Positions 19,498-31,100 of a stretch of 64,000 bases of DNA are shown here, piece after piece (the first letter of the stretch is position 1; the number at the start of each line of letters is the position of its first letter). Below the pieces are notes generated by a model. It was given only the letters and a program-made list of their open reading frames with translations, did no database searches and was not told the origin of the DNA. A program made the position numbers and the translations under genes. Source of the stretch: a plasmid; the sequence record NZ_CP015380.1. One strand, written 5' to 3'.

Positions 19498-20806
19498 TAC
19501 TAGCGTTATTTAAATCGTGAGTCCCAGTTTTTTTCCGATAACTATTGGCCCTTGTTACCATCGTGCAGAAATAACAATAATATCTGAATACTAAAAGAGT
19601 AACTATAAACCTAGAGTTCATAAAAAAGCGACTTGATATGGACGTAGTAATATCAAGTCGCAAATGTTATATACACGTATATAACAATGAGTTTTCACAT
19701 TCTCTGTAGTGCAAGGAAACTATACATAAATCAATACCAGGTTTCCTTAATGAATATTGTTTTATTTATGAAATATTGAAGTAAAAACTTAAAAATAAAA
19801 ATCCAATAACAAACACATAACATTAATAATATATTTGGTTATTTTAACATTAGTAACTCTATGAAAGACTCGATCTTGCCTTAAAAGTTACATATTCCAT
19901 ATTTCACGACTCACACCTCGACAGGACATTTATTTAATTAAATGCTTCTAGCTATTATAAACATAAATACTATTTTTATAAAAACAGGATACAGTAAAGA
20001 TGCGGTAATGTTATTTTTATCTCTGAGGGAAGAGGATTGCATAGGGTTTTACTTATAGCAATTAAATATCTAAGCTTCTAGGAGAGGGGACTATTAAAAG
20101 TGGGTGTCTTTATTTATAATTTATGTAATGAGTTAAGCGCATTATTTAATGTAATTTAAAGTCATTATTTTGTAATGGTTTTTAAATATTATTTCTTTTA
20201 CATGCATTGTATTAACTTAAAACATGAACGAAATTATTTATTGAGCTACGACATCACGAATGCCGTATGGTAATTTGAATCATGATTAAATACTATTGGT
20301 TTATAATCAAACACATTTCTGATAATTAAGTTGAGCGTATTGGTTAAAAATACACTGAGCGTTGATATAGCTAAATCGTATTGTATTCGTAGAAATACTA
20401 TATATATCTAGAACTTATGGATATTTTATTTTTTAAGGTAATATATAATACAATGGTGAGTCGTGTTATCTTATTAATAATAAATCATTACTCTTGGAGT
20501 CTATATGCACCAGGTGAAATTAGATTAGATGACATATGAAATTATCTATCATAATACTAATACACGCGTTATTTTACTTGAGTGTTACTATCAGATTATT
20601 GTGAGTCTACCTAATATAAGGATTTAAAAAATAAGGTTATTTACAATGACTCTGCATCACAAGAGTCATTGTTATTTAAGGTTATCATCACCACTTAGTT
20701 GTATTTTACTTATTTATATCATAATTATATAAAGCAATCCATCAGATGGTTAATTACAAGGATTTTAGTGGGGTTTACTGTGACTAAATATAAGATAAAT
20801 ACTTAT

Positions 20807-21871
20807 CTACTTTTTAAAAAGTATATTATTTACTGATAACTTTAAGACTTCAAACTGCTTAGCCAGCTCCAAACTTAGCCATATATAGCCATATACTGAA
20901 GCTTCATAATTATTAACATCAGTGTTATCATATAGCAAAGACTGATGGAGATTGCTTACACTATCACTTAGTTTTATATTAGTCATATCAATAGATGATA
21001 GCTGGCCAAGTTCTAATGTATCCTCTATATCCTGTAGTGCATTTACTGTCATATAAATAGACTCATGTAACTCTGATGAGTTAATTATTAAGAAATGACT
21101 TTTCCTTGATTCCCAGTGTGCATGGGCCTGTGACTCAAGAATACATATGATATTGGTGCATGTTTTTTGTATTAGTTCAAACTCCTCTTTACTTCTATGG
21201 CACTCCTTACATGCAGCTACAATCAAAGATCTTAAACTCACAATATCCAAAACAATTTTTTGGATTTCTTTATCTAAACAAGGCTGTTCAATTAGATTTC
21301 GGGAGTTGACTGTTTGATAAAGTTTAGAAAGTCGATTAATAATACATCCAAGTTTTAAACGCCAGTGAACGTATGCTCTCTGTGGATACAATCCAGTGAA
21401 AATTATAGCAAGAAAAGCGCCAAGTATTATATTAGCGCTGCGCCAAAAAGCCGTCATAACATCACCAGCAGGAGCACTAGATACAACGGATAATGTAATT
21501 CCAATTAGTAATGCTAAATATGGTTTTTTACCTAATGTTAGATAGCCACAAATGAACATACATATTGCACACCAAATTAACATATATGCAAATGAAAACA
21601 TCTCGATTTTTAGTGCTATAATTCCTAGTATTGCACCAGCAAGTGTTCCACCTATACGTTCTAGCGCTCTTGGCACCGCACTACCTAGGAATGAGATAGG
21701 CCCCATGACAACAACAAGTGTAATTAATGGCCATGTATGATCTGGTAGATTAGCAAAATGCAATATTACAAATGTTAAGACAAATGAAATTGAAATACGA
21801 ATGGCATGTACAAATCTGAAATGTTTATAAAGAAATTTCTCTCTTTTGGTTATTTTAACACATCCGCTCAC
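20807..21871 (-). CDS. FUSC/ArAE-like inner membrane protein
   Basis: 354 aa, with N-terminal multi-TM region then a soluble coiled C-terminal half. Very AT-rich. The family call is tentative. Confidence 0.35.
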   Translation of the reverse strand: MSGCVKITKREKFLYKHFRFVHAIRISISFVLTFVILHFANLPDHTWPLITLVVVMGPISFLGSAVPRALERIGGTLAGAILGIIALKIEMFSFAYMLIWCAICMFICGYLTLGKKPYLALLIGITLSVVSSAPAGDVMTAFWRSANIILGAFLAIIFTGLYPQRAYVHWRLKLGCIINRLSKLYQTVNSRNLIEQPCLDKEIQKIVLDIVSLRSLIVAACKECHRSKEEFELIQKTCTNIICILESQAHAHWESRKSHFLIINSSELHESIYMTVNALQDIEDTLELGQLSSIDMTNIKLSDSVSNLHQSLLYDNTDVNNYEASVYGYIWLSLELAKQFEVLKLSVNNILFKK

Positions 21872-22228
21872 TTAATCTCCAATTTCTATTAATAGAATAT
21901 ATGGAATTATTATATAAAAAACCAACCCACTCACAAACTATTAATTTTCTTATTATTGCAATCTAACAGTTAAAAACATTTAGTAATAAAGTTTTCGGGA
22001 TTCCGCGCTAGTGATTGAGTACCAATCCGAAATGTCGAATTTTTTAATGGGTGGTATCATTGACTTAAGAATAGAATGATATTTTAAAATTAAATATTGG
22101 TATTGTTAAAATCTAAAATATGAATGAGATCAGCTAAAAAAATAGCGTATACGCCCTTATTATCTAAAGACAAGGACCTGGCACAGGCCTGCAGGGATTT
22201 AGGTGGGACTGCTGTCCCATCGACTATG

Positions 22229-22994
22229 GGTAATGATTCCAATTAGTAGAACATGTGTTTTTCAATGAAGGCCCCGGTGACCTTTTCATGTAGTTCAATT
22301 GAGCGTGAGAAGCAGATTGTTTTTCGGGCCAAACGCTTGATGCGGGTTCTTAGCGTCAGATTGTTACGCTCAATACGCTGAGTGAATATTTTGCCAGCCA
22401 GATGCTTCTCTTTCGGCACTTCTCTGGCATAACCTCCCCAGTCATCGCTTGTTATCATGCCGATATTAAACGGAGTGAGCAGGGTCAGCAGTTCACGACA
22501 GGTATCATCTGTCCGTGGCCCGAATGTATAAGCCAGAATGCCACTTGTTCTGGTGTTGTATGCGTACCAAAGCCAGTGCTGTCGGGCTTTACTGCCGACA
22601 AAGCTCCATTGCTCATCGAGTTTGCAGATAAGCGCCACATCTGCATGAGCGACCGGAGAGGATGTTATTCGCTTCAGCGCGAGCTTTTTAAAGTATGAAT
22701 GACGGTATTAATGCCGATTTTGAGCGTCCTTGCAGTATCCCGGACGCCGACACCGTTGAATACCATTTAGGTAATTTGTCCTATGACGCCGAGCTTGCGG
22801 GCTTCATAAGTATAGATGAGCAGAAACACACGGGGCACTCACGACAGCGAAACCGGTCACGGCCTTTAGTAGGATTCTACCCATGACGGTAAACCTGAGC
22901 AGACTGACAATGGGGACAATGAACAGTAACGCTGGCCATGAGAAAACCTCAAAGCGGGCATTATATCTCAATTCAACTAATTAGATGCATAACC
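22229..22994 (-). mobile_element. IS1-family element, copy A (766 bp)
   Basis: IS1-like termini ggtaatgattccaattagtag at 22229 and ggttatgcatctaattagttg (minus strand) at 22994. InsB-like ORF 22243..22638. The insA region 22650..22920 is broken by two stops and a frameshift, identical to copy B. Confidence 0.8.
22243..22638 (-). CDS. insB: IS1 InsB-like transposase segment
   Basis: MALICKLDEQWSFVGSKARQHWLWYAYNTRTSG... parallels IS1 InsB ([31 protein letters not shown]...). Confidence 0.7.
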   Translation of the reverse strand: MALICKLDEQWSFVGSKARQHWLWYAYNTRTSGILAYTFGPRTDDTCRELLTLLTPFNIGMITSDDWGGYAREVPKEKHLAGKIFTQRIERNNLTLRTRIKRLARKTICFSRSIELHEKVTGAFIEKHMFY

Positions 22995-23275
22995 AACCTT
23001 TGGCGATTTCACACGTAACAGGATTATCCATATATTGGACGAAGCCGAACAAGGTCAAAATGGATTTAACTACCGTGCGGAACGTACCGATGATGAGGGA
23101 AAATCATTCCCTATCACAACGATAAATAGATGCGCATATACATCGTATTGACTCGATCGTAGGTATATAAATAAACACCAAAGTGGTAACTAGGTAACCT
23201 ACTCTATTAGAATGGCTGGCGCATGCGACCTTCTAATAGGAAGCAGTTACCCGTCTCATTATTATAGTTGCAATA

Positions 23276-24730
23276 TTAGTACAAGCCTAAAACCTTCCAC
23301 CACATTAAGCCAAATATTAGGAATACTGCTTGATTAATGAGACTAATAATAAATCCTGTTCGCCACCACACACCGGTCGGAACATATCCGGCACCAAATA
23401 GAATAGGGCCACGAGCATGTGTGTATTGAGTCAGTGAACAGTAGAGGCTGCTGGAAAAGGCTAGCATAAGCGCAGTTGGTACAGTTGGAATACCTAAATT
23501 AATACTAACACTGAGGAATACCCCATATAGAGCAGCTATCTGAGCATTACCGCTGGCAAAGAAATAGTGTGTGTAAAAATATGCAGCATTTAATAATATT
23601 AGAATGATTATCCAGTTAGTTCCATGCATAGTATGACCAATGCTGTTACCTATAAGATTGCCAAACCAAGTTGTAAAGCCTAATCTTTTTAACTGGTTTG
23701 CCATCATAAGTAATGCTGCAAACCATATTAATGTATCCCAAGCATCCTTTTCATTTTTCACATCATCCCAATTGAGCACACCAGATAAAAGCAGAGCTGA
23801 TAGGCCAACAAATGCAGCAATCGTTGGATCGATACCCCATCTGCTACCAAAGATCCATAGCACTAACAACAATAGAACGGTTCCAATCATCATATATTCA
23901 CTGAGTGAAATCGAACCCATTTTCGATAATTCAGCACGTGCAATGCTCGGAGCATCAGGCGTTTTACGAATTTCTGGTTTTGTTAACCAATAAACCAAGG
24001 GAGGGATAAGAATCAAAGAAATTAGACATGGAATTATAGATGCCATTAACCATCCGCCCCAACTCAAGGTAACACCAGCGTTGGCTGCCAATTTTACCGC
24101 GAGCAGATTCCCAGTATAACCGGTCATGAACATGGCAGCAGTGACATCATTGACATTACCGATACAGGTAACTAAAAATGTTCCAATCTTACTTCGAGAA
24201 GCATCGTCAGGTCTCGAATCGAAACTGCGTGCTAGTGAATCTGCAATCGGATAAATGACACCACCGCATCGTGCCGTATTACTAGGCATAGCAGGAGATA
24301 AAATTAAGTCTGCAAAAGCTAAGCCGTACGCCAAACCTAACGTGCGCTTTCCCAGTAAACGAATCATTAACAGTGCAATACGCCGACCTAACCCCGTTTT
24401 TATGAATCCTCTAGCAATCATAAAAGCAACAACAATTAACCAAATTAACGAACTATTAAGATCACTTAACGCTATTTTAACGTTATCAGCAGAGCTTGTA
24501 TCTCCTGACGAATGCACCAAAGCAAAGACAGTTATTCCGATAAATCCAACTGCGCCAATAGGCAAAACTTTAACGACAATACACGCGATAGTGGCTATAA
24601 AAATAATTGTTGAATGCCAAGCGGGTACGCTCAATCCATTAGGTTGTCTTAGATACCAAAATATTGCAGCAATCATGGTTATGATAATTAAAGGTAGCCA
24701 TCGCACATTATTCTGCTGTTGACATGTCAT
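23276..24730 (-). CDS. DASS-family (CitT/TtdT-like) divalent-anion transporter
   Basis: A 484-aa polytopic membrane protein with two repeat halves and conserved DASS motifs (GN..AV-type hairpin regions). Adjacent to malic enzyme. Confidence 0.6.
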   Translation of the reverse strand: MTCQQQNNVRWLPLIIITMIAAIFWYLRQPNGLSVPAWHSTIIFIATIACIVVKVLPIGAVGFIGITVFALVHSSGDTSSADNVKIALSDLNSSLIWLIVVAFMIARGFIKTGLGRRIALLMIRLLGKRTLGLAYGLAFADLILSPAMPSNTARCGGVIYPIADSLARSFDSRPDDASRSKIGTFLVTCIGNVNDVTAAMFMTGYTGNLLAVKLAANAGVTLSWGGWLMASIIPCLISLILIPPLVYWLTKPEIRKTPDAPSIARAELSKMGSISLSEYMMIGTVLLLLVLWIFGSRWGIDPTIAAFVGLSALLLSGVLNWDDVKNEKDAWDTLIWFAALLMMANQLKRLGFTTWFGNLIGNSIGHTMHGTNWIIILILLNAAYFYTHYFFASGNAQIAALYGVFLSVSINLGIPTVPTALMLAFSSSLYCSLTQYTHARGPILFGAGYVPTGVWWRTGFIISLINQAVFLIFGLMWWKVLGLY

Positions 24731-24810
24731 AAGGCATCTCTTCTCATATGTATTATACGTTGGGCTCCCCCAACGTAATTTTTTTGGAAAACTTAATAAT
24801 AAATATTTAA

Positions 24811-26487
24811 TTAGAAAGAAATACGTTTGTAATTTTGATACTCAGGCTTCCAAAAGGTATTTTCTAATTCATCCTTAAGTTCAAAAACAGTCATTTGTTT
24901 TGCGACACCATCCTCTACGCCAGCTAATGCAACAGCAATGGCTATTTTTTTAGATATATCATGAATATTTGTCAATTCTGGTAATAGAGTACCCTCAGGA
25001 TTTTCAATCATTGGAGATGATTCAGCAAGAACCTTACTAGCAGCAAGGAACATATTTTCCGTCACTCGTTTTGCTTTAGAGATCAAAACACCAAGGCCAA
25101 GTCCAGGAAAAATATATGAGTTATTACATTGGGATATAATATATTTTTTTCCATTATAGATTACTGGTTGAAATGGACTACCTGTAGCAATAATTACATT
25201 TCCATCGGTCCACTCAATAATATCTTTTGGTACAGCCTCCACACGAGATGTAGGGTTAGATAGTGGGAGTATAATCGGCATTGTGAAACTGGAATACATG
25301 GACTTAACAACCTCCTCGGTAAATAACCCAGGTACACCTGAAACACCAATCAAAATTGATGGCTGGATATGGGTTACCAGTTCTGCTAGATCCTTCCCAT
25401 CAGGTGAGAATGAGAGGCTTTCCCTTGTGTGGGCTAATCTATATTGAAAGTCCGTTAGCATTGGGGTATCTTTTAATATCAAGCCATCTTTGTCGACTAG
25501 AAATATATGACTTCTGGCTACATCCTCATCTAACCCATCATTCCTAAGTGCTGCAATGATTAGTTCAGCAATACCGCAGCCAGCAGAGCCTGCTCCGACG
25601 AACATAATTCTCTGTTCAGATAGTCGTATGTTATTATGAAGGCATGCAGCAAGAATCGACCCTAACGCTACAGTTGCAGTTCCTTGAATATCGTCATTAA
25701 AACAACATAGTTTATCCTTATACATTTGAAGCAAAGGAGTTGCATGCTTTAGAGCAAAATCTTCAAACTGTAGCAGTACCCCTGGCCAACGACGCTCAAT
25801 AGAGGAGATAACCGTATCGATAAACTCATAATATTCAGAATCTAAAATACGCGGATGACGAGCTCCCATATATAGAGGGTTATTTAATAGTTCTTGGTTG
25901 TTTGTTCCGACATCTAGCATGATAGGCAAGCATTGGTGCGGAGGTATACCACCGCAAGCTGTATATAAAGATAATTTTCCGATAGGGATGCCCATGCCAC
26001 CGATGCCCTGATCACCTAAGCCAAGAATACGTTCACCATCGGTGATCACGATAATTTTTATTTCATCGCCAATAACATTACGAAGAATACTTTCAATTTT
26101 ATTTCTATCTTCCCAAGAAATAAATAGCCCTCGATTCTTACGCCATATTTCTGAAAAATGTTGGCAGGCATAGCCGACAGTTGGAGTGTAAATTAATGGG
26201 AGTGAGTCATCTATGTTTGATGTTATATAGTGATAAAATAGAACTTCATTAGTATCTTGTAGATTCCTCAGAAAAATATGCCTAGCCTCATCAGTAGTAA
26301 ACCGATTCAACTGAAATCGGATACGTTCACTTTGTTCATCTATCGATTCAACTACAGCAGGTACAAGTCCGTGAAGGTTGAATTCATCGCGCTCACTATT
26401 ACTAAACGCGCTTCCCTTATTAAATGAAGTACAGCTTAGCAATGATTGGCCTGAAAGATGAGTGTATCGCATTATAACTCCTACCAT
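24811..26487 (-). CDS. NAD(P)-dependent malic enzyme
   Basis: Malic-enzyme blocks are present: YTPTVG, FEDFA, FNDDIQGTATVAL and GAGSAGCGIAELI (Rossmann). The probable true start is at MRYTHL (26472). Confidence 0.8.
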   Translation of the reverse strand: MVGVIMRYTHLSGQSLLSCTSFNKGSAFSNSERDEFNLHGLVPAVVESIDEQSERIRFQLNRFTTDEARHIFLRNLQDTNEVLFYHYITSNIDDSLPLIYTPTVGYACQHFSEIWRKNRGLFISWEDRNKIESILRNVIGDEIKIIVITDGERILGLGDQGIGGMGIPIGKLSLYTACGGIPPHQCLPIMLDVGTNNQELLNNPLYMGARHPRILDSEYYEFIDTVISSIERRWPGVLLQFEDFALKHATPLLQMYKDKLCCFNDDIQGTATVALGSILAACLHNNIRLSEQRIMFVGAGSAGCGIAELIIAALRNDGLDEDVARSHIFLVDKDGLILKDTPMLTDFQYRLAHTRESLSFSPDGKDLAELVTHIQPSILIGVSGVPGLFTEEVVKSMYSSFTMPIILPLSNPTSRVEAVPKDIIEWTDGNVIIATGSPFQPVIYNGKKYIISQCNNSYIFPGLGLGVLISKAKRVTENMFLAASKVLAESSPMIENPEGTLLPELTNIHDISKKIAIAVALAGVEDGVAKQMTVFELKDELENTFWKPEYQNYKRISF

Positions 26488-28192
26488 ATAAATTAATTAA
26501 ATAGCTTATTTTCTAAAAGGTATATTCACGATTTTCTTTTAGCAAGTAGTTTATAGTGGCTACTAATTAACCTATATAGTAGAATTGCATTCAAATTATG
26601 ATTAATATGCGCAAGTGAAATAATAGCTGTGTAAAGTTAACAAAATATCTCATGGAAAAACTATTTCTTATCATTTTTGATGTATGAATAAACAATTTTT
26701 TAGCATGTGTGTTATTTAAGGAGTAAGTGAAACCAAAAATGTATTTTTCTTGGTGTATGGGATCGAGGGACAGTGATGTAAAAAAGCAAGTTATGGAGAT
26801 AACTTATTGTTTGTAATGAAATTAATTGATGTTGACTCTCCATTCAGAATGTCATCCGATAACGAAAACGTATAGTGGTCTAACATATTTATATAACTAT
26901 GTTTAAGCGGGGATAACCTCGCCAGATGTACCTCCTACGGTATTTCACCCCACCGTTCACTATTCTCCAGCCAGAGATCTCGACGGAACAAAGAATCCTG
27001 AAAACGTTCCAGCAGGCACAACGAATAAACCCGCGCGTAGAATCCGGCCATCTCTGCCATAGACTAGGCGTTCTAGGGGCCAGAAGTGATTTGCTCTGGA
27101 ACATCGTCGAGCATGCGTATTTTTGAGCCTTTCAGCTCGGTCAGATAATGGATTATGGACAATGATTGTTGGCCCGCAGGGCCGGCTGAAAGTGTAAGTC
27201 ACGCAACATCGCGGACAAGTGCTGGCAAAATGCCATATCTGATAACCCAGAAAACCTAGTTATGAAGCCTTGATTGGCCAACATGAATGTGGCGCCTAGA
27301 AGCCATATCTTCTCAGAACAATGACCTCGACTGATTAATGCGTTGGTTTGAAGGTGTTTCTGGGGAGAGGCAATGTTAAGCAACATCACCCTAAAAAGGA
27401 CATTATTTGAATATTAGTCTAATGCGACAGAGTACAACGTATGTATTCTAATATCTGAGTAATGAATTTAAGCTATGAATTAGGAGTACTCTCATTTATA
27501 CTACCTATGCTTAATTAAATTGTATCTTAAAAATTATTGAATTAAGTTTAACAAATGTTCATGATTAAATGTTAGATGTATGATATGAAGGCTGAGATAG
27601 AATAGTTTACATTATTTTACAAATGGTTCTTAACGTTAAAATATTCGTTATATATTGTTTTGTTAATGTGTGTTTTTTATTTGTTTTTATGATTTTCTAC
27701 TTTTCAGATAAGATAAAAAATAAACAAATGAAAAACGACTGTAATTAATTTTAAAATTCAGACAAACAAATAGAATATAACTTTCTTTTTTTTACAAAAT
27801 CCTGTTACTTATCTAAAAACAAAAAAAAATAGCATCTTATCCTGTTTTTATCAAATTAATGGCCTGTATATTTGTTTTTTGTTTTTAATCATTATAATAA
27901 GCTAAGCATGTGTCCCTTATGTCTATTGCATATATAGGATCGAGAAAACAATGACAATACTGAGCTATATCCTCCCATGATATAGTGATGCTTCATGCTA
28001 TAAGTATCAGATTGTTTTTCATTACAGAAACTTGCTATAGGGATATATATTTTTATCTATGTTCATACTCTGGTGAGTGTATATGTAAATCGTAACTTCA
28101 ATGTCAAAGAATGGGGCAGATGGTTTTAATTTTAAAATGCATTTTTCTTACTTAATATTCATTATTCTACATTATTAGCTATAGAGTTTTAT

Positions 28193-31100
28193 ATGAAAAA
28201 ATCCCCCCCTCCTTTTACCTCTGAAATAAAAATAGGTAGAAAATATATCCGTGCCATTGCACACCTGAATATCGGTATGCAGGTTGTATTTCCTTTAGTG
28301 ATGTCATTTACCCCAGTGATGGTCGCAAGAGCTGAAACAGAAGACAAAAAATTCCTCACGACCAGCGCCCCAGTGACAACTATTCCCTATGTGTTACAAC
28401 CTGGGGATTCGATTGCTCAGATAGCAGAAAAATTTCACCTCACCGTGGCACAGCTTAAAACGCTGAATCAATATCGAACCTTTGCCCACGGCTTTGAATC
28501 AGTGCGCGCTGGGGATGAGATCGACGTTCCCGTTCAATCCAAAAGCATCGCCACTGATGCTGGCAGTGATGACAGCGCAGCACTGGCTCAGCGTGCCCAG
28601 CAGGCCGGTCACTTTTTACAAAACAATCCCAACAGCGACAGCGCGAAAGATTTGGCGCGCAGCCAAGCGTTGGGTGCAGCGAACAGCAAAGCGAATCAAG
28701 AAGTGGCCAGTTGGCTGAACGGCAAGGGAAAAGCGCGGGTAAAATTGGATGCCGACCGTGATTTCTCACTAAAAAACTCTGAGCTGGATGTGCTGTATCC
28801 GCTGTGGGAAAACAACGCCCATCAGGTGTTTACGCAGGGTTCGGTGCATCATACCGACAGCCGCAACCAGTCCAATCTGGGGTTGGGCTACCGCTATTTT
28901 GAAGGCACCTATTTGCTGGGCGCCAACACCTTCTTTGACCACGACTGGTCACGCAGCCACTCGCGTTTAGGCCTCGGTGCCGAATATCAGCGCGATTTCC
29001 TCAAAGTGGCCGCCAACGCCTACATGCGTCTGACTAACTGGAAAAATTCACCGGACTTCGATAACTACGAAGAACGCCCAGCCAACGGGTGGGACATTCG
29101 TACCGAAGGCTATTTACCTGCCTATCCGGGCATCGGCGGCAAGCTGGTGTATGAACAGTATTACGGCGACCGCGTCGGACTGTTTGGTAAAGATAATCAG
29201 CAAAAAGATCCGGTAGCGGTGACGGCCGGCGTTAACTATTCGCCTTTCCCGCTGATGAAGTTCAACGTCGATCACCGCATGGGTAAAAGCAATCAAAACG
29301 ACACCCGTTTCGGTATCGATCTGAACTATGTGTTTGGTGCGCCGTTAGGTCAGCAGTTGGATAGCAGCCTGTTGGCGGCGAGCCGCAGCTTGGCCGCGAA
29401 TCGTTACGACTTTGTCGAACGTAACAACAACATCGTGTTGGAATACCGCAAAAAAGACACCATCAGCCTCCGGTTGGCCTCGCAAATCAGCGGCTACAGC
29501 GGTGAAAGTAAATCGCTGGGCGTGTCGGTCAACAGCACCAACGGCGTTGAGCGCATTGAGTGGACCGCGCCAGAACTGCTGAGTCAGGGCGGGCAGATTG
29601 TTCAGGTTTCTGAACAGCAGTTCAACGTGATCATTCCTGAATATCAATACGGCAACGATGCCAACAACAGCTATGTGGTGAGCGGCGTTGCCTATGATAA
29701 ATCCGGCAATGCATCGCCAAAAGCGGAAAGCTTAGTGGTTGTTGCCTCGGCTGCGGTGAGTACGGTTAACAGCATGCTAACCCCGATGGAGCTTCAGTTA
29801 CCGAACGACGGTACCTCTACGGCTAAATTGACGCTGGTATTGCGTGATGCGAACAATCATCTCATCAGCGGTGTCGCCGATGACATCAAAACCACACTAA
29901 GTCCCGTGGGTCGCGGCCAGCCAGATGTCACGGTGAGTGCTTTTAGTGAAGACATGACCCGCATGGGCACCTATAACGCCACCGTCACGGCGGGCGAAAA
30001 TATGGGTGAATATAAAATTACGCCTGAAATCCATAATGCCAAACTTGCGTCAGCGACGCTGTATGTCGGCAGAGCACCGGTGATCAGCGGTTTAATCATG
30101 AGCGGCAAGCTGGCGTTAGGCGAGCAGCTATCGGGTCATTATCAGTTCGATAGTAACAGCGGCAATGCACAAGATGCCTCTCTTTACCAATGGGGCAATA
30201 AAGGGCAAACCACAGGGCTGAATGGCGCTGAGACCATCGTTACTTCAGGTAGCGTGCCGGGCTATACGCTGGTCGCCAGCGATGTTGGGCAGGTAAAAGA
30301 GCTGTCGGTTCAGGCGCGTAACGGGGTGGAAACCTTAGGGAATACGCTGACGGTCACTACGGCTCCGGGCGATAGCGGCAACAACACCGAAGGTGGCGGA
30401 GAAGGCGGTGCGATCGTGGATGAAACCGCAGCACCAAGCATCAGCGATGTGACGATAAGCGGTAAGCTTTCGCTAGGTGAAGCGCTGAGCGGTCGTTACA
30501 CCTTTGTGCCGCACACCGGCAACACAACCGATACGTCGGAATACCAGTGGGGCGTGGAAGGCACGACCGCAAGCGTAGTGGATAACGGCGGTGGAAAAGC
30601 GATCACTCAAAGCGGCGTGGTACCAAGCTATACCCTGCAAAGCAGCGATGCGGGTCAGGTGTTGGAAGTTTCTGTGCGGGCTAAAAACGCTGCCGATGTG
30701 TATGGCAACAGCGCCACGGTGACCACCGCACAAACAGGCGGCGGCAACAACACCGAGGGCGGTGGTGAAGGCGGCGTGATTGTTGATGAAACGGCAGCGC
30801 CAAGCATCAGCAGCGTGGCTATCAGCGGCAAGCTGGCGGTTGGCGAAGCACTGAGCGGCAGCTACACCTTTGATGCCAAGACCGGTAACCCAACGGATAC
30901 TTCCGAGTATCAGTGGGGCGCGAAAGGCTCAACCGCAAGCGTAGTGGAAAGCGGTGAAGGCAAAGCAATCAGCCAAAGCGGCGTAGTGCCAAGCTACACC
31001 TTACAAAGCAGCGATGCGGGTCAGGTATTGGAAGTTTCTGTGCGGGCTAAAAACGCTGCCGATGTGTATGGCAACAGCGCGACGGTGACCACCGCACAAA

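Noticed and set aside
22695-22886. 63-aa ORF (and its twin 47822..48013) plus 98-aa ORF 22402..22698 / 48010..48306
   Set aside because: They are antisense to the IS1 insA and insB regions. Both are identical in the two copies only because the IS copies are identical.
26926-27389. Three overlapping 66-80 aa ORFs on both strands
   Set aside because: They overlap one another and carry no recognisable motifs. They are more likely debris or a structured non-coding element.
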